Made by a program: the position numbers and the translations under genes. DNA of 64,000 nucleotides from Erysipelotrichaceae bacterium. Lineage in GTDB: Bacteria > Bacillota_I > Bacilli_A > Erysipelotrichales > Erysipelotrichaceae. Positions 50,747 to 63,618 of this stretch are shown here, one piece after another (the stretch's first letter is position 1; each line of letters starts with the position of its first letter). Below the pieces are notes generated by a model. The model was not told the DNA's origin and did no database searches. It saw nothing but the letters and a program-made list of their open reading frames with translations. The stretch covers positions 1,932-65,931 of the forward strand of contig WSYG01000004.1 of the NCBI GenBank assembly GCA_009773735.1, given 5' to 3'.

Positions 50747-52031
50747 ATTTTTTGGGAATCAACACCGCCTTACCGCCCATATAAGGTCTAAGCGGTTCTG
50801 GAATAGATATTGAACCATCTGCATTAAGGTTGTTTTCCAAAAAAGCAATCAACATGCGTGGAGGTGCAACAACAGTGTTATTGAGAGTATGTGCAAAATA
50901 CTTACATTCTTTACCAGTAACCCGAATCTGTAATCTGCGTGCTTGCGCATCTGTAAGATTTGAGCAACTTCCAACTTCAAAATACTTCTGTTGACGTGGA
51001 CTCCATGCCTCAACATCGACTGATTTGCTTTTCAGATCGGCTAAATCGCCTGAACAGCACTCTAAAACTCTTACCGGAATGTCAAGACTCTTAAAGAATT
51101 CCACGGTTGTCTTATATAAGAATTCAAACCATTTAGGGCTGTCCTCAGGTTTACATACAACGATCATTTCTTGTTTTTCAAATTGATGAATGCGATAAAC
51201 ACCGCGTTCTTCTATCCCATGAGCCCCAACTTCTTTTCTAAAACAAGGCGAATAGGATGTATATGTATAAGGAAGTTGGTCTTCTTCAAGGATTGTGTCA
51301 ATAAATTTTCCAATCATCGAATGTTCGCTGGTTCCAATCAAATAAAGATCCTCGCCTTCAATCTTATACATCATGTTTTCCATTTCAGAAAAACTCATGA
51401 CCCCTGTCACCACATCAGAGCGAATCATAAATGGTGGGATTACATAGGTAAAGCCCTTATCGATCATAAAATCTCGGGCAAAACTTAAAACAGCGGAATG
51501 CAAACGCGCAACATCGCCAATGAGGTAATAAAAACCGTTCCCACTGACCTTTCGTGCTGCATCTAAGTCTACTCCAGCCAAACTTTCCATGATATCGATG
51601 TGATAAGGGACATCAAAAGGTTTGGTTGTCGCTTCTCCGACACGATATCGCTCAACATTTTCACTGTCATCTTTGCCAAGTGGAACAGTTGGATCGATTA
51701 AATTAGGAATCTGCATCATTCTTTGCCTGATTTGATCCAATAAAGGTTCTTCGCTGGACTCTAAATCAGCCAGTTCTTGAGCCATGGTCGAAACTTGAGC
51801 TTTAATCAACTCAGCTTCCTCTTTTTTGCCTTGCCCCATCAACATGCCAATCTTTTTACTGAGGGCATTGCGTTGTGCACGCAGATCATCAGCTTTCGTT
51901 TTGGTCTGACGATAGGTCAAATCTAAAGCAACCACCTCATCTACCAGGTTTAACTTGTGATCTTGGAACTTCTTTCGCATGTTTTCCTTGACCAAATCGG
52001 AATTCTTACGCACTACATTGATGTCGAGCAT
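50745..52031 (-). CDS. serS: Seryl-tRNA synthetase
   Basis: MLDI N-terminus, GTSEH, CFRKE...RIHQFEKQE (motif 2), EVGSCSN, HTLNNT. Confidence 0.97.
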   Translation of the reverse strand: MLDINVVRKNSDLVKENMRKKFQDHKLNLVDEVVALDLTYRQTKTKADDLRAQRNALSKKIGMLMGQGKKEEAELIKAQVSTMAQELADLESSEEPLLDQIRQRMMQIPNLIDPTVPLGKDDSENVERYRVGEATTKPFDVPYHIDIMESLAGVDLDAARKVSGNGFYYLIGDVARLHSAVLSFARDFMIDKGFTYVIPPFMIRSDVVTGVMSFSEMENMMYKIEGEDLYLIGTSEHSMIGKFIDTILEEDQLPYTYTSYSPCFRKEVGAHGIEERGVYRIHQFEKQEMIVVCKPEDSPKWFEFLYKTTVEFFKSLDIPVRVLECCSGDLADLKSKSVDVEAWSPRQQKYFEVGSCSNLTDAQARRLQIRVTGKECKYFAHTLNNTVVAPPRMLIAFLENNLNADGSISIPEPLRPYMGGKAVLIPKK

Positions 52032-52050
52032 CGTTTTTCCTCCTTAAAAT

Positions 52051-52253
52051 AAAAAAAGTCCTGTAAGGGACGAAGATCGTGTTGCCACCCTTGTTGAACG
52101 TTTCACGTGAAACATTCCACTCGATAGAGATAACGGTCTTGCCCGGAAAGGATTAGTTTCACTCAGGGGTGGAAATAAGGTTGTCTTCATACCTTTCACC
52201 AAAACGGTATTTCTCTACCAAAAACACGCCTTTTAATTCCCCTGTTTGTTTAT
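52051..52253 (-). ncRNA. T-box riboswitch leader of serS (Ser specifier UCC)
   Basis: AGAGA and GGTG stem I motifs, putative specifier TCC (52171-52173), CCGTTA, T-box AAGGGTGGCAACACG (52078-52092), terminator GTCC...GGAC plus T7. Promoter TTGACA(52283-52288)-17-TACAAT(52260-52265). Confidence 0.88.
52099..52114. promoter_or_regulatory. parS centromere site inside the serS T-box leader
   Basis: CGTTTCACGTGAAACA, 1 mismatch to the consensus. Confidence 0.88.
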
Positions 52254-52289
52254 GTCTTTATTGTAGAGAGGTTATCAGACACTGTCAAG

Positions 52290-53882
52290 TCAACCCCTTA
52301 GTGTTTTGTTAAACTCAAAAAACTTAGTATCTTCTTTGACGATATGTTCAGCCACGATCTTAACACTTACGAAATTGAAGAAAGCTGCGAGATTTGTTTC
52401 TCCAGTTTTTAATTGTAGACGCAATTGATCATACTCAATCACTAATTTTTCATGAATCTTCATATGTTCTTCAAGCAAAGGAAATCCTTTTTTCTTCATT
52501 AAATCAGATTCATAGATGAAATGATCGCGTAGATCTACAAGTACCTGATCTAATATTTGATCTAGACTCGAAACCGATTCTGAAGAAATCAATCTGTTGT
52601 ACAATTCATTGCTAAGATTCACTAACCCTTTATGTTGAACATCCAAATCTTCAACACCACTATTTAAGGAGTCGTTCCATACCAATTTTGCGATTGTGAT
52701 TGGTAACGCCTCTGAATTGGGCCAAGCTTCAAATCGGTTACGACCGGCTTGTTTAGCTTTATACAGAGTTAAATCAACCCGTTTGAACCAATCTTCTTTA
52801 GTTTCATGTAAAAAATGCTGTGCACAACCGATGCTGGCACTTAGTTTCTTGATTTCTAAAAGCTGAACTGTTGAAAGTTGATCAAGGATACGTTGGGCTA
52901 ATCGAGAAGCACCAAGAAGATCAGTTTGTGGGGCTAAGATCAAGAATTCATCACCACCCCATCGATAGATACGATCATCTAATCGTAAAGTGCTGGAGAT
53001 AATTTTTGCAGTCGTTGTCAAAACCTGATCTCCAACATCGTGCCCAAATTGATCATTTATTTCTTTGAAGTGATCCAAATCTACCAGAAGAAGCGAAACT
53101 TCCAGTCCTTGGCGATTACCAAGCTCAATATAATCAACCATATCAATTTCCAATCGAGTACGATTGTTGAGTTTGGTCAAAGGATCCAACATTGCCAGAC
53201 TTTCCATTGATTTAGTTTTTGATTTTAAATGCGTCACCATTGAGTTTGAATCCAGCAGTAAAGATCCTGTAATCCAAAAATTGAAGATAAAAATAATGAA
53301 GAATCCTGAATTATAGGAAGAAGAAATCATGTTTTGGGCAAAGTCATTTTGGAAATTGTTGATAAATACAAAAATCCATCTAAAGGTTAATACAAAAATC
53401 AGTAAGCACATAACCACTAAAATAGAGCGCTTAACAGACTTCGTCTCGTTATTAATGACCGCTCTGGTATCATAAAGCCCATCAGCAATAAAGAGAATCG
53501 AAAAGAAAGTCATGACACTGATACGTCCTAGATAAGAAGGAATCATTTGAGTAAATACCCAAATCAACAATCCACTAATCAACAAATAGATCAAAAATCT
53601 ATAAGAAAAGGAACCCATCCTATAATAAGCTCTAAATCCTCCTATGATCAGCATCATGGCACATTGAAACAGAACATTATATATAACAACTATCGGGACC
53701 GAAGGTGCATCTAAAGACATATGTAAAACTATGAAAGCCAGCAGTGAACATATTAAGGCAAAACCCATCAATAAATGCATGTTGTGTCGGCGAATATAAT
53801 ACACAAAAAATGTGGTCAATGTATATACCACCATCAATACTTCAACAATAATCAAAAAAGTTCTTATATCAAGTTCAAACAT
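52290..53882 (-). CDS. Membrane diguanylate cyclase with C-terminal hemerythrin domain
   Basis: About 7 N-terminal TM segments; DPLT, DLDHFKEIND.FGH, RLDD I-site, GGDEF; hemerythrin ligands QH, HFIYE, HMKIH, HIVKED. Confidence 0.92.
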   Translation of the reverse strand: MFELDIRTFLIIVEVLMVVYTLTTFFVYYIRRHNMHLLMGFALICSLLAFIVLHMSLDAPSVPIVVIYNVLFQCAMMLIIGGFRAYYRMGSFSYRFLIYLLISGLLIWVFTQMIPSYLGRISVMTFFSILFIADGLYDTRAVINNETKSVKRSILVVMCLLIFVLTFRWIFVFINNFQNDFAQNMISSSYNSGFFIIFIFNFWITGSLLLDSNSMVTHLKSKTKSMESLAMLDPLTKLNNRTRLEIDMVDYIELGNRQGLEVSLLLVDLDHFKEINDQFGHDVGDQVLTTTAKIISSTLRLDDRIYRWGGDEFLILAPQTDLLGASRLAQRILDQLSTVQLLEIKKLSASIGCAQHFLHETKEDWFKRVDLTLYKAKQAGRNRFEAWPNSEALPITIAKLVWNDSLNSGVEDLDVQHKGLVNLSNELYNRLISSESVSSLDQILDQVLVDLRDHFIYESDLMKKKGFPLLEEHMKIHEKLVIEYDQLRLQLKTGETNLAAFFNFVSVKIVAEHIVKEDTKFFEFNKTLRG

Positions 53883-53929
53883 ACACCTATATTACAATAC
53901 AAATCATGTTTTAAGAAAAAAAAGACAGC

Positions 53930-56374
53930 TTATTCGCCGTCTTCAATGCTTTCTTTTTCAATAACTGCCGCCATAGATAAGGAACTACCCTCATTGACAC
54001 TGATCATTCGTACACCTTGAGTATCGCGTCCATAGACACCGACGTTTTCAAGCGAGATACGTATGATGGTTCCGGTATCCGTCACCATCAACAAGTCTTC
54101 ATCACCAACAACAGCCTTTACTACGACCAATGGACCATTCTTATCGGTAATATTGATGGTTTTGACACCTTTGGCACCACGATTGGTTAAACGATAATCC
54201 GTTAAGAGCGTTTTCTTTCCATATCCGTTTTGAGTAACAGAGAGAATATAGTGGCCTTCTTTATCTGTCGCCATGCCTACGACATCACTGCCGTCGGCAT
54301 TAAAGCCTTTGACTCCAGCTGCATTTCTTCCCATTGGGCGAACATCATCTTCACTGAAGCGAACCGCTTTACCATTGGTTCCAGCAATGATGATTTCATC
54401 GATTCCACTGGTGGCTTTGACCGCAATCAGTTCATCCCCTTCGTTCAAACCAATCGCAATCTTACCCGATTGTCTGATCGAATCAAATTCCTCAGCTGCA
54501 ACACGTTTAACCAAACCTTTTCTAGTGACAAAGAACAGGTATTTTCCATCATGTTCAGGCGTTAGTGCTACTAAAGCTCTAACTTTTTCATTTTTATCTA
54601 AGTTTAATAGATTTTGAACAGGCAATCCTTTCGCAATACGACTGGCAGAAGGAACTCGATATCCTTTGATGCGGTAAACCTTACCAAAATTGGTAAATAG
54701 CATCAATTGATCATGGGTAGACATGGTCAAAAACTGATCAACAACGTCTTCTTCATTGACCGTCATCCCTCTTATGCCTTTTCCTCCGCGATTTTGTGTG
54801 CGATAGGTGTAGACTGGAGTACGTTTGATGTATCCGTTGACCGTCATCGTCATGATGATGTCTTCTCGTGGAATCAAATCTTCATCTTCAATGTCCGTAT
54901 CTGCTTCCACGATTTCAGATCGACGTTTATCGTTGAAACGATCTTTGATTTCGGTCAATTCTGTTCTAATGATGCCTACCAATCTTGGTTGATTGGATAA
55001 AATATCTAAGAAATCAGCAATCGCCAACACCAAAGCTTGGTATTCATCTTCGATTTTTGTTCTTTCAAGCCCAACCAAACGACGTAAACGCATCTCAAGG
55101 ATGGCTTTGGCTTGGATTTCAGTCAAAGCAAACTCGCTCATCAACCCATTCATGGCCTCATCATCATTATTTGAAGAACGAATCAAGGTGATAATGCGAT
55201 CGATATTGTCTAAGGCAATACGTAATCCTTCTAAAATATGGGCTCTTTCTCTGGCTTTATTCAGATCGTATTGAGTACGTCTGCGAATGACGACTTCCTG
55301 GTGATCGATATAGTGCTGAAGGATTTCCTTCAAGCTCAATTGTTTTGGATTATTATTGACCAAAGCCAACATATTGACCCCAAATGAGGTCTGTAGAGCA
55401 GTCATTCGATACAATTGATTTAAAATGACCTCGCTTTGGACATCTTTTCTAAGTTCTATGACAATTCTGATTCCGCCTCTTTCTGAAGATTCATCTCTTA
55501 GATCGGTGATCCCTTCGATGTCTTTTTCAGTCGCCAATACAGCGATTTTTTTGATAAGTTCAGACTTATTGACTTGATATGGGATCTCTGTGACGATCAA
55601 CTGATGTTTCCCATTGGACATTTCCTCAGTTTCTACGCGAGATCTGACAAGTATCGATCCTCTACCTGTTTCATAGGCCTGTTTGATGCCTGAACGGCCT
55701 AAAATAAGGGCGCCTGTAGGAAAATCAGGTCCTGATATGTAGTTTTCTAAGAGTTCCATGATGGTGATTTCAGGGTTATCCATGATCGCAATGGTTGCGT
55801 CGATGACTTCACCCAAGTTGTGTGGTGGAATATTGGTGGCCATCCCAACCGCGATTCCAGTTGAACCATTAACCAACAAGTTAGGAAAACGCGCAGGCAT
55901 GACCAACGGTTCTCTTTCTTCTCCATCATAGTTATCCACATAATCAATGGTATCTTTTTTAATGTCTCTTACCATTTCCATGGCGATTTTAGACATTCTG
56001 GCTTCGGTATAACGCATGGCCGCAGCAGAATCTCCGTCAATATTCCCAAAGTTACCGTGTCCATCGATCAACATATAGCGATAAGAGAAATCTTGAGCCA
56101 TACGTACCATCGCATCATAAACCGAACCTTCTCCGTGAGGATGGTATTTACCGATGACTTCCCCGGCAATACGGGCTGATTTCTTATGCGCTTGTTCAGA
56201 AGTGATGCCTAAATCATTCATCGCATATAAAATACGACGATGAACAGGTTTTAAGCCATCTCTAACGTCAGGTAAAGCTCTAGCAACAATAACACTCATG
56301 GCATAATCTAAGAATGAGGTCTTCATTTCAGAGGCGATATTGACTTGTCTGATTTTATCGTGTTGTTCAGTCAT
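53930..56374 (-). CDS. gyrA: DNA gyrase subunit A
   Basis: [25 protein letters not shown], GyrA-box QNRGGKG. Confidence 0.98.
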   Translation of the reverse strand: MTEQHDKIRQVNIASEMKTSFLDYAMSVIVARALPDVRDGLKPVHRRILYAMNDLGITSEQAHKKSARIAGEVIGKYHPHGEGSVYDAMVRMAQDFSYRYMLIDGHGNFGNIDGDSAAAMRYTEARMSKIAMEMVRDIKKDTIDYVDNYDGEEREPLVMPARFPNLLVNGSTGIAVGMATNIPPHNLGEVIDATIAIMDNPEITIMELLENYISGPDFPTGALILGRSGIKQAYETGRGSILVRSRVETEEMSNGKHQLIVTEIPYQVNKSELIKKIAVLATEKDIEGITDLRDESSERGGIRIVIELRKDVQSEVILNQLYRMTALQTSFGVNMLALVNNNPKQLSLKEILQHYIDHQEVVIRRRTQYDLNKARERAHILEGLRIALDNIDRIITLIRSSNNDDEAMNGLMSEFALTEIQAKAILEMRLRRLVGLERTKIEDEYQALVLAIADFLDILSNQPRLVGIIRTELTEIKDRFNDKRRSEIVEADTDIEDEDLIPREDIIMTMTVNGYIKRTPVYTYRTQNRGGKGIRGMTVNEEDVVDQFLTMSTHDQLMLFTNFGKVYRIKGYRVPSASRIAKGLPVQNLLNLDKNEKVRALVALTPEHDGKYLFFVTRKGLVKRVAAEEFDSIRQSGKIAIGLNEGDELIAVKATSGIDEIIIAGTNGKAVRFSEDDVRPMGRNAAGVKGFNADGSDVVGMATDKEGHYILSVTQNGYGKKTLLTDYRLTNRGAKGVKTINITDKNGPLVVVKAVVGDEDLLMVTDTGTIIRISLENVGVYGRDTQGVRMISVNEGSSLSMAAVIEKESIEDGE

Positions 56375-56383
56375 GGGATCCTC

Positions 56384-59384
<3,001 letters not shown>

Positions 59385-59388
<4 letters not shown>

Positions 59389-59588
59389 TGACCGATAGAG
59401 TACGTTTTATCTTCGATGATGACGGTGTCACCAGGGTAGATCTTACGACCACGGCGATCATCAGGGAGGCCGTTGATCAAGATTTTTAAGGTCTTGACTG
59501 CGCTCTTGGCTTCACCGCCAGAAGCGATCCAATCCGTCAATTTTAACAGTTGTCCAAGGGTAATATACGGACTGGTTAGTTTGATCAT
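59385..59588 (-). CDS. yaaA: S4-domain RNA-binding protein YaaA
   Basis: ITLGQLLK...SGGEAK...RRGRKIYPGD; position before recF. Confidence 0.93.
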
Positions 59589-59631
59589 AAAGCCTTCCTT
59601 CTTTCAGAATACTCCTGTTTAATTATACCAT

Positions 59632-59656
59632 AAAAACACCCTGTTTGACAGGGTGT
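59632..59656 (-). terminator. Terminator after the CvpA-like gene
   Basis: ACACCCTGT / ACAGGGTGT stem with a T5 run on the minus strand; a TGnTATAAT promoter for yaaA follows immediately. Confidence 0.65.
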
Positions 59657-59683
59657 AGGGGGCTTTAAATCGTTGTTTTACAC

Positions 59684-60508
59684 TTATTGGTATTGATCCA
59701 TCAAAGCCTTGATTTGTGCGTCTGTGAAGCCTAAATCCTTCATCCAAGATTTGATTTGATCAGGGGTTATGTCATTTTCTTCAGCGTAGTTTTTTAAGAC
59801 TTCGAGGTCATCTTCAGTGACTTCTTCTTTCTTCACAAACTTCAAAGCTACTACAGTTACATCCTCAGGAAAACCCATTTCTTGCAGGGTATTTTCAATA
59901 ACCACATAATCCTCTTCTTCTAAAGGTTCTCCTTCACTGATCTTATCCACAAGCTCAATCGTGGGGTTATCTTCAATGAATCCAGAGATAAGGCTAGACG
60001 CTACAGGAGCCAATGGAGAAGCGACTGTGGCCTTCAAAATGGTCGTGCCATTAGAAAACACAGGGACACTGAGGGTCAATGCCAACATCAATGCAACAAA
60101 GAACACAGGGATGATTGAAAAGACTGCTCCCCCGATACGATCCACCAACACTTTATGCTTGTATCGAAGCACCTTTTTGATCAACAAGCCTTTAAAGACA
60201 AATCCAATGATCATGATGACGATGACGATGATGATCGTCCATATGATTTGATCGATCAACGCGACAATAATTCCACCAAAAAACGGGATATCATTGAAGT
60301 TGATGCTTGAAGATGCTAAAGAATATTCTTTCGCTAAAGAGGGGGAAATTGACCATCCAACAATGATCCCTAAACCTAAGATTAGAAGATCATAAGCTTG
60401 CGAAATAAACCCTTTTAAATAACCAATTAAACCCAGTATGACAATCAAAGCAATCAACGTAATATTTATGATGTTGATGAGATTTACAGGCAGCATCACC
60501 GTTTCCAC
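59684..60508 (-). CDS. CvpA (colicin V production) family membrane protein with acidic C-terminal extension
   Basis: GYLKGFISQ, VDRIGGAVF motifs; about 4 TM segments; GTG start after AAGGAGG. Confidence 0.7.
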   Translation of the reverse strand: METVMLPVNLINIINITLIALIVILGLIGYLKGFISQAYDLLILGLGIIVGWSISPSLAKEYSLASSSINFNDIPFFGGIIVALIDQIIWTIIIVIVIMIIGFVFKGLLIKKVLRYKHKVLVDRIGGAVFSIIPVFFVALMLALTLSVPVFSNGTTILKATVASPLAPVASSLISGFIEDNPTIELVDKISEGEPLEEEDYVVIENTLQEMGFPEDVTVVALKFVKKEEVTEDDLEVLKNYAEENDITPDQIKSWMKDLGFTDAQIKALMDQYQ

Positions 60509-60583
60509 TAGGTGTCCTCCTTAGTTTGGGCAAGCATAAAAATCACTTTCCCTCTCTATATTCATTTGCGAAAAGTATAGCAC

Positions 60584-60609
60584 AAAAAAGCCCTTTATTA
60601 CAGGGCTTA
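60584..60609 (-). terminator. Terminator after dnaN
   Basis: AAGCCCT / AGGGCTT stem with a T run on the minus strand. Confidence 0.65.
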
Positions 60610-60626
60610 AACGTTTATTTCTACGA

Positions 60627-61748
60627 CTAAGAGTAGGTTCTGACAGGCAAGATGAGCTGTAAAATCGAGTCATCTTCTGCATTACGAATGATGAATGGTT
60701 TCATTTCTCCACTAAACTCGATCTTGACGACAGTTCCGTTTAAAACCCGGACCGCATCGAAGACATATCTGCCACTAAACGAGATTTCCAAAGGATTTCC
60801 TTTATAATGGATCGCATTCAATCTTTCAAGCGAAGATCCAACTTCTTGAGACTTGGAACTGATCAAAATTTCTTTTCCGCTGGCACTTAATTTGATGATG
60901 CTGACGCCTTCAGATTTGATGAAAGAAGCTCTGTCGATGGCATTCAAGATGTCTCTAGAATCTAAGGTCAATTCATACAAGAATTCTTGTGGGATAAGAC
61001 GAGATGTTTCTGGATATAATCCATCGATCAAACGTGTTTGAATGACTGTGTTGTCGATCCAGAACTGAGCCTTTTTATCACTGATACAAACCAAGACTTT
61101 GACATCCTTTTCGATTGTTTTAGCGACTTCACCCAACGTTTTTGCAGGGATTGTCACATTAAAGTGATTTTCACTTTCTAATTTGATGGTTTTCTTAGCT
61201 AAACGGAAACTATCTGTCGCAACACAATCGAGCGTATTGCCTTCACATTTGAAGTTGACCCCAGTTAATACTGGACGTGTTTCTTTATCGCTGCTGGCAA
61301 AACTGGTTTGAGTGATGATTTTTAAGAGTTGATCTGCGTTGATTTCAAATTGCTTGGTTGGCATCGTGAAATCGATTGCTGGATAATCTGCAGCTTTCAT
61401 GCCGTTGATGTTGAATTCAGCTGAATGACCACTGATCTTAGTTAAATTACCATCCAAGACTTGAAACATAATTTCATCAGCATCTATTTTTCTAACGATG
61501 TCCAAAATATATTTGGCTTCGATAACAATAGATCCTTCTGTTTTTATTTCAAAAACATATTCTTCATCATTCTTTTGAATGACTTTTTGAATTGAAATAT
61601 CAGAGTCACTACCGGTTAGGGTCAATTCTCCGTCTTTGATTTCGATTTTGATCCCAGTGAGCCAAGGCAAAGGTGAATTTGCAGATATGGCACGAGATAC
61701 CACCGACAATGCATTAAAGAAAATACGTTTAGAAATTTTGAAGTTCAA
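60627..61748 (-). CDS. dnaN: DNA polymerase III beta sliding clamp
   Basis: ETRPVLTGV, ATDSFRLA, RLIDGLYP, LILPVR. Start probably TTG 61748 after GGAGGA. Confidence 0.97.
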   Translation of the reverse strand: MNFKISKRIFFNALSVVSRAISANSPLPWLTGIKIEIKDGELTLTGSDSDISIQKVIQKNDEEYVFEIKTEGSIVIEAKYILDIVRKIDADEIMFQVLDGNLTKISGHSAEFNINGMKAADYPAIDFTMPTKQFEINADQLLKIITQTSFASSDKETRPVLTGVNFKCEGNTLDCVATDSFRLAKKTIKLESENHFNVTIPAKTLGEVAKTIEKDVKVLVCISDKKAQFWIDNTVIQTRLIDGLYPETSRLIPQEFLYELTLDSRDILNAIDRASFIKSEGVSIIKLSASGKEILISSKSQEVGSSLERLNAIHYKGNPLEISFSGRYVFDAVRVLNGTVVKIEFSGEMKPFIIRNAEDDSILQLILPVRTYS

Positions 61749-61769
61749 TTGCGGTTCCTCCTTCATAAT

Positions 61770-61893
61770 TATCTTTTTAAGGATAATTATTATTAAGCGT
61801 GTTGATAAGTAGGATAAGTATTAAAAAGTCTTTTATTCTAATGATATTTTAACACTTTTAAGTGTGAATTCATAGTGAATTGATGTGCATAAA
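61770..61893. other. oriC downstream half (dnaA-dnaN intergenic): DnaA boxes and probable unwinding element
   Basis: Box-like 9-mers at 61800-61808 (TTATCAACA on minus), 61809-61817, 61863-61871, 61874-61882, 61884-61892; TAA-TAA-TAA AT-rich run next to the first box. Confidence 0.75.
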
Positions 61894-63240
61894 TCAAGTC
61901 TGTAAAATCTGTTTTTCGAGTTCGTTGAGCATATTTTTATAATGAATATCTTTCTTTAAGTTGATTTCAACTTTCTCACAAGCATTCATGACGGTTGAAT
62001 GATCTCGCTTACCAAATTCTTCACCAATTTTAATAAACGGTAGATCCAATAACTTTCTGCTTAGATACATCGCAATATGTCGGGCACTTGCGATATTTTT
62101 TGTACGAGAGTTAGAAATAAGTTGCTGCCGAGTCAATCCAAAGTAATCTGAAACGATTCTTTTGATCTTGTTGACAGATACTTCGTTCTTTTCAGCGACG
62201 GCTCCAGCCCCTTTGAAGGCTCCCATCGCTAATTTGAAGTCGATCCTGCCACCATTCCCAAACTGAACAGCATAGAACAGCAAACGATTTAATGCGCCCT
62301 CTAATTTACGAACATCTTTCGCAAAATTGGTCGCGATATAGCTTAATACATCGTCGTCTACAGTCCCTAAACCATCTAGAGTTTGCATATTTAATCTAGA
62401 TTTTAAGATGGCTAAAGCTGTTTCAAACTCAGGAGAATCTAAACCTACGGTCAATCCTGAAGAGAAACGGCTGATCAAACGTTCTTCAAGTCCTTTTATT
62501 TCAGAAGGATCACGATCTGAGGTCAAAACGATTTGTTTTTTATTGTTGACGAGTTCGTTGAAGATATGGAAGAAGATCTCATGCGATTTTTCTTTGCCGG
62601 CGATGAATTGTATGTCATCGATCAACAAGACATCCAGTGAAAACATACGTTTTTTAAAGCTTTCGATCGGTTCAGTCTTACTGGTGATGGAATCTACCAC
62701 AGCCGTAACGAATTCAGAGCCTGAAGTATAGAGAACCTTCATCTCTGGATGGTGTTTTTTTATATAATTGCCAATCGCATTCAATAGGTGAGTCTTGCCT
62801 AAGCCTGAATTACCATGAACAAACAACGGAGAATAGAATTTCCCTGGTGTGTATGCACAAGCCAAGGCTGCCGAGTGAGCTTCCTTGTTGCTTGGACCGA
62901 CGATAAAATTATCAAACGTATATTCAACGCGAACCTGATCGTTATGAACCACTTCTTTTTCGGGTAGTTTATCCCCATATTCATCATTTAAAAGGATCTC
63001 TACCGATACCAGATATCCTAACCCTTCTAAGATATCCTTAATAAGATTTGTCTTTTGAGACAAAACAGTTTTCTGAACAAAACTGGGCACAGTAATAACC
63101 GCTTTATCGTCATTCAGATAAACTAAATTGGATTCATCAAAATAAGCATCATAAACGATCTTGTCGATTGAACTGTCTTCTCGAATGATTGTTTTTGCCT
63201 TACTCCAAATGTCTTGATAGTAATGTTCAACCCCGGTCAT
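61894..63240 (-). CDS. dnaA: Chromosomal replication initiator DnaA
   Basis: YTFDNFIVG, GNSGLGKTHL, IDDIQF, RLISRF, IGEEFGKRDHSTV. Start ATG 63240 (alternative 63264). Confidence 0.98.
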   Translation of the reverse strand: MTGVEHYYQDIWSKAKTIIREDSSIDKIVYDAYFDESNLVYLNDDKAVITVPSFVQKTVLSQKTNLIKDILEGLGYLVSVEILLNDEYGDKLPEKEVVHNDQVRVEYTFDNFIVGPSNKEAHSAALACAYTPGKFYSPLFVHGNSGLGKTHLLNAIGNYIKKHHPEMKVLYTSGSEFVTAVVDSITSKTEPIESFKKRMFSLDVLLIDDIQFIAGKEKSHEIFFHIFNELVNNKKQIVLTSDRDPSEIKGLEERLISRFSSGLTVGLDSPEFETALAILKSRLNMQTLDGLGTVDDDVLSYIATNFAKDVRKLEGALNRLLFYAVQFGNGGRIDFKLAMGAFKGAGAVAEKNEVSVNKIKRIVSDYFGLTRQQLISNSRTKNIASARHIAMYLSRKLLDLPFIKIGEEFGKRDHSTVMNACEKVEINLKKDIHYKNMLNELEKQILQT

Positions 63241-63299
63241 ATGCCTTACCCCTTGTGTACTCATTATTTTAGCAAGTTATAAGCGCCTTGGTTGATGTA

Positions 63300-63618
63300 A
63301 AAATTTTCATATTGCGTTGTCCACAAAACAAGGCCTAATATATTCCTTTAAAAAACAAGGAATTAAAGAGTTTTCCACAACAATCCCCAACTTTTTATCC
63401 ATCATGATTGTGGATAACTTTATTCACTTGTGGGAAACTAAATAATTTGTGGATACATTTTAACTATGAGTGACTTATCCATAGTGTAAAAGCATCAAAA
63501 TCGTGTTGTTTTAAAAGCGCTAAGGGACTTATCCACGATTAAACAAATCGGTGGGGAAGTTTCAAAAACTTCTGTGGTAAATTTGTTCATATCTGCCCTG
63601 CACACTATTGTGGACAAC
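63300..63618. other. oriC upstream half: DnaA-box cluster
   Basis: TTGTCCACA 63317, TTTTCCACA 63371, TTATCCATC 63395, TGTGGATAA 63409 (perfect), TTATTCACT 63420, TGTGGGAAA 63429, TGTGGATAC 63448, TTATCCATA 63475, TTATCCACG 63529, TGTGGACAA 63609. Confidence 0.9.
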
